DNA of 64,000 nucleotides from Squalus acanthias (lineage: Eukaryota), in contig CM059438.1 in assembly GCA_030390025.1 (NCBI GenBank), positions 66,218,001 through 66,282,000 on the forward strand, given 5' to 3'. Each line of letters starts with the position of its first letter. Position 1 is the stretch's first letter. A program made the position numbers and the translations under genes. This document shows, piece after piece, positions 63,855 through 64,000 of the stretch. The notes under the pieces were generated by a model, which saw only the letters and a program-made list of their open reading frames with translations, was not told the DNA's origin and ran no database searches.

Positions 63855-64000
63855 AAGACTTGCATTTAGGTAGCGCCTTTCACGATCACCAGACGTCCCA
63901 AACCACTTTACAGTCAATTAAGTAATATTTTTTTGAAGTGGAGTCGCTGTTGTAATGTGGGAAACGCGGCAGCCAATTTGCGCACAGCAAGCTCCCACAA
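63855..64000 (-). mobile_element. Deu-domain SINE 3' part (cut by window end)
   Basis: GACTTGCATTT..GCAGCCAATTTGCGCACAGCAAGCTCCCACAA. Confidence 0.85.

Noticed and set aside
1..64000. CRISPR arrays, rRNA or prokaryotic operons
   Set aside because: No regularly spaced repeat-spacer array or rRNA motifs; the sequence is vertebrate and TE-rich

Overview
Repeat-dense vertebrate nuclear DNA, most likely a cartilaginous fish (inferred from a V-SINE/HE1-type element, Deu-domain SacSINE1-like SINEs, and CR1, L2, Penelope and Harbinger families). I could not recognise any host protein-coding gene; only weak minus-strand exon candidates exist (47.1-50.5 kb and 61.7 kb). Contents: about 12 PIF/Harbinger elements or MITEs, including one near-intact transposase with a single nonsense codon, two decayed full-length two-gene elements with a 3-exon Myb/SANT partner, and nested insertions; many CR1/L2/RTE fragments; SINEs; hAT MITEs; LTR remnants; and about 10 Penelope pseudo-LTR fragments carrying minimal hammerhead ribozyme motifs of two sequence families. 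Most notable pattern: several independent Penelope insertions with target-site duplications (TSDs) are truncated or folded back within a few nt of the hammerhead CUGANGA core, and one fragment starts at the predicted cleavage site. All coordinates and alignments were read by eye; family names come from motif recognition, not database searches.
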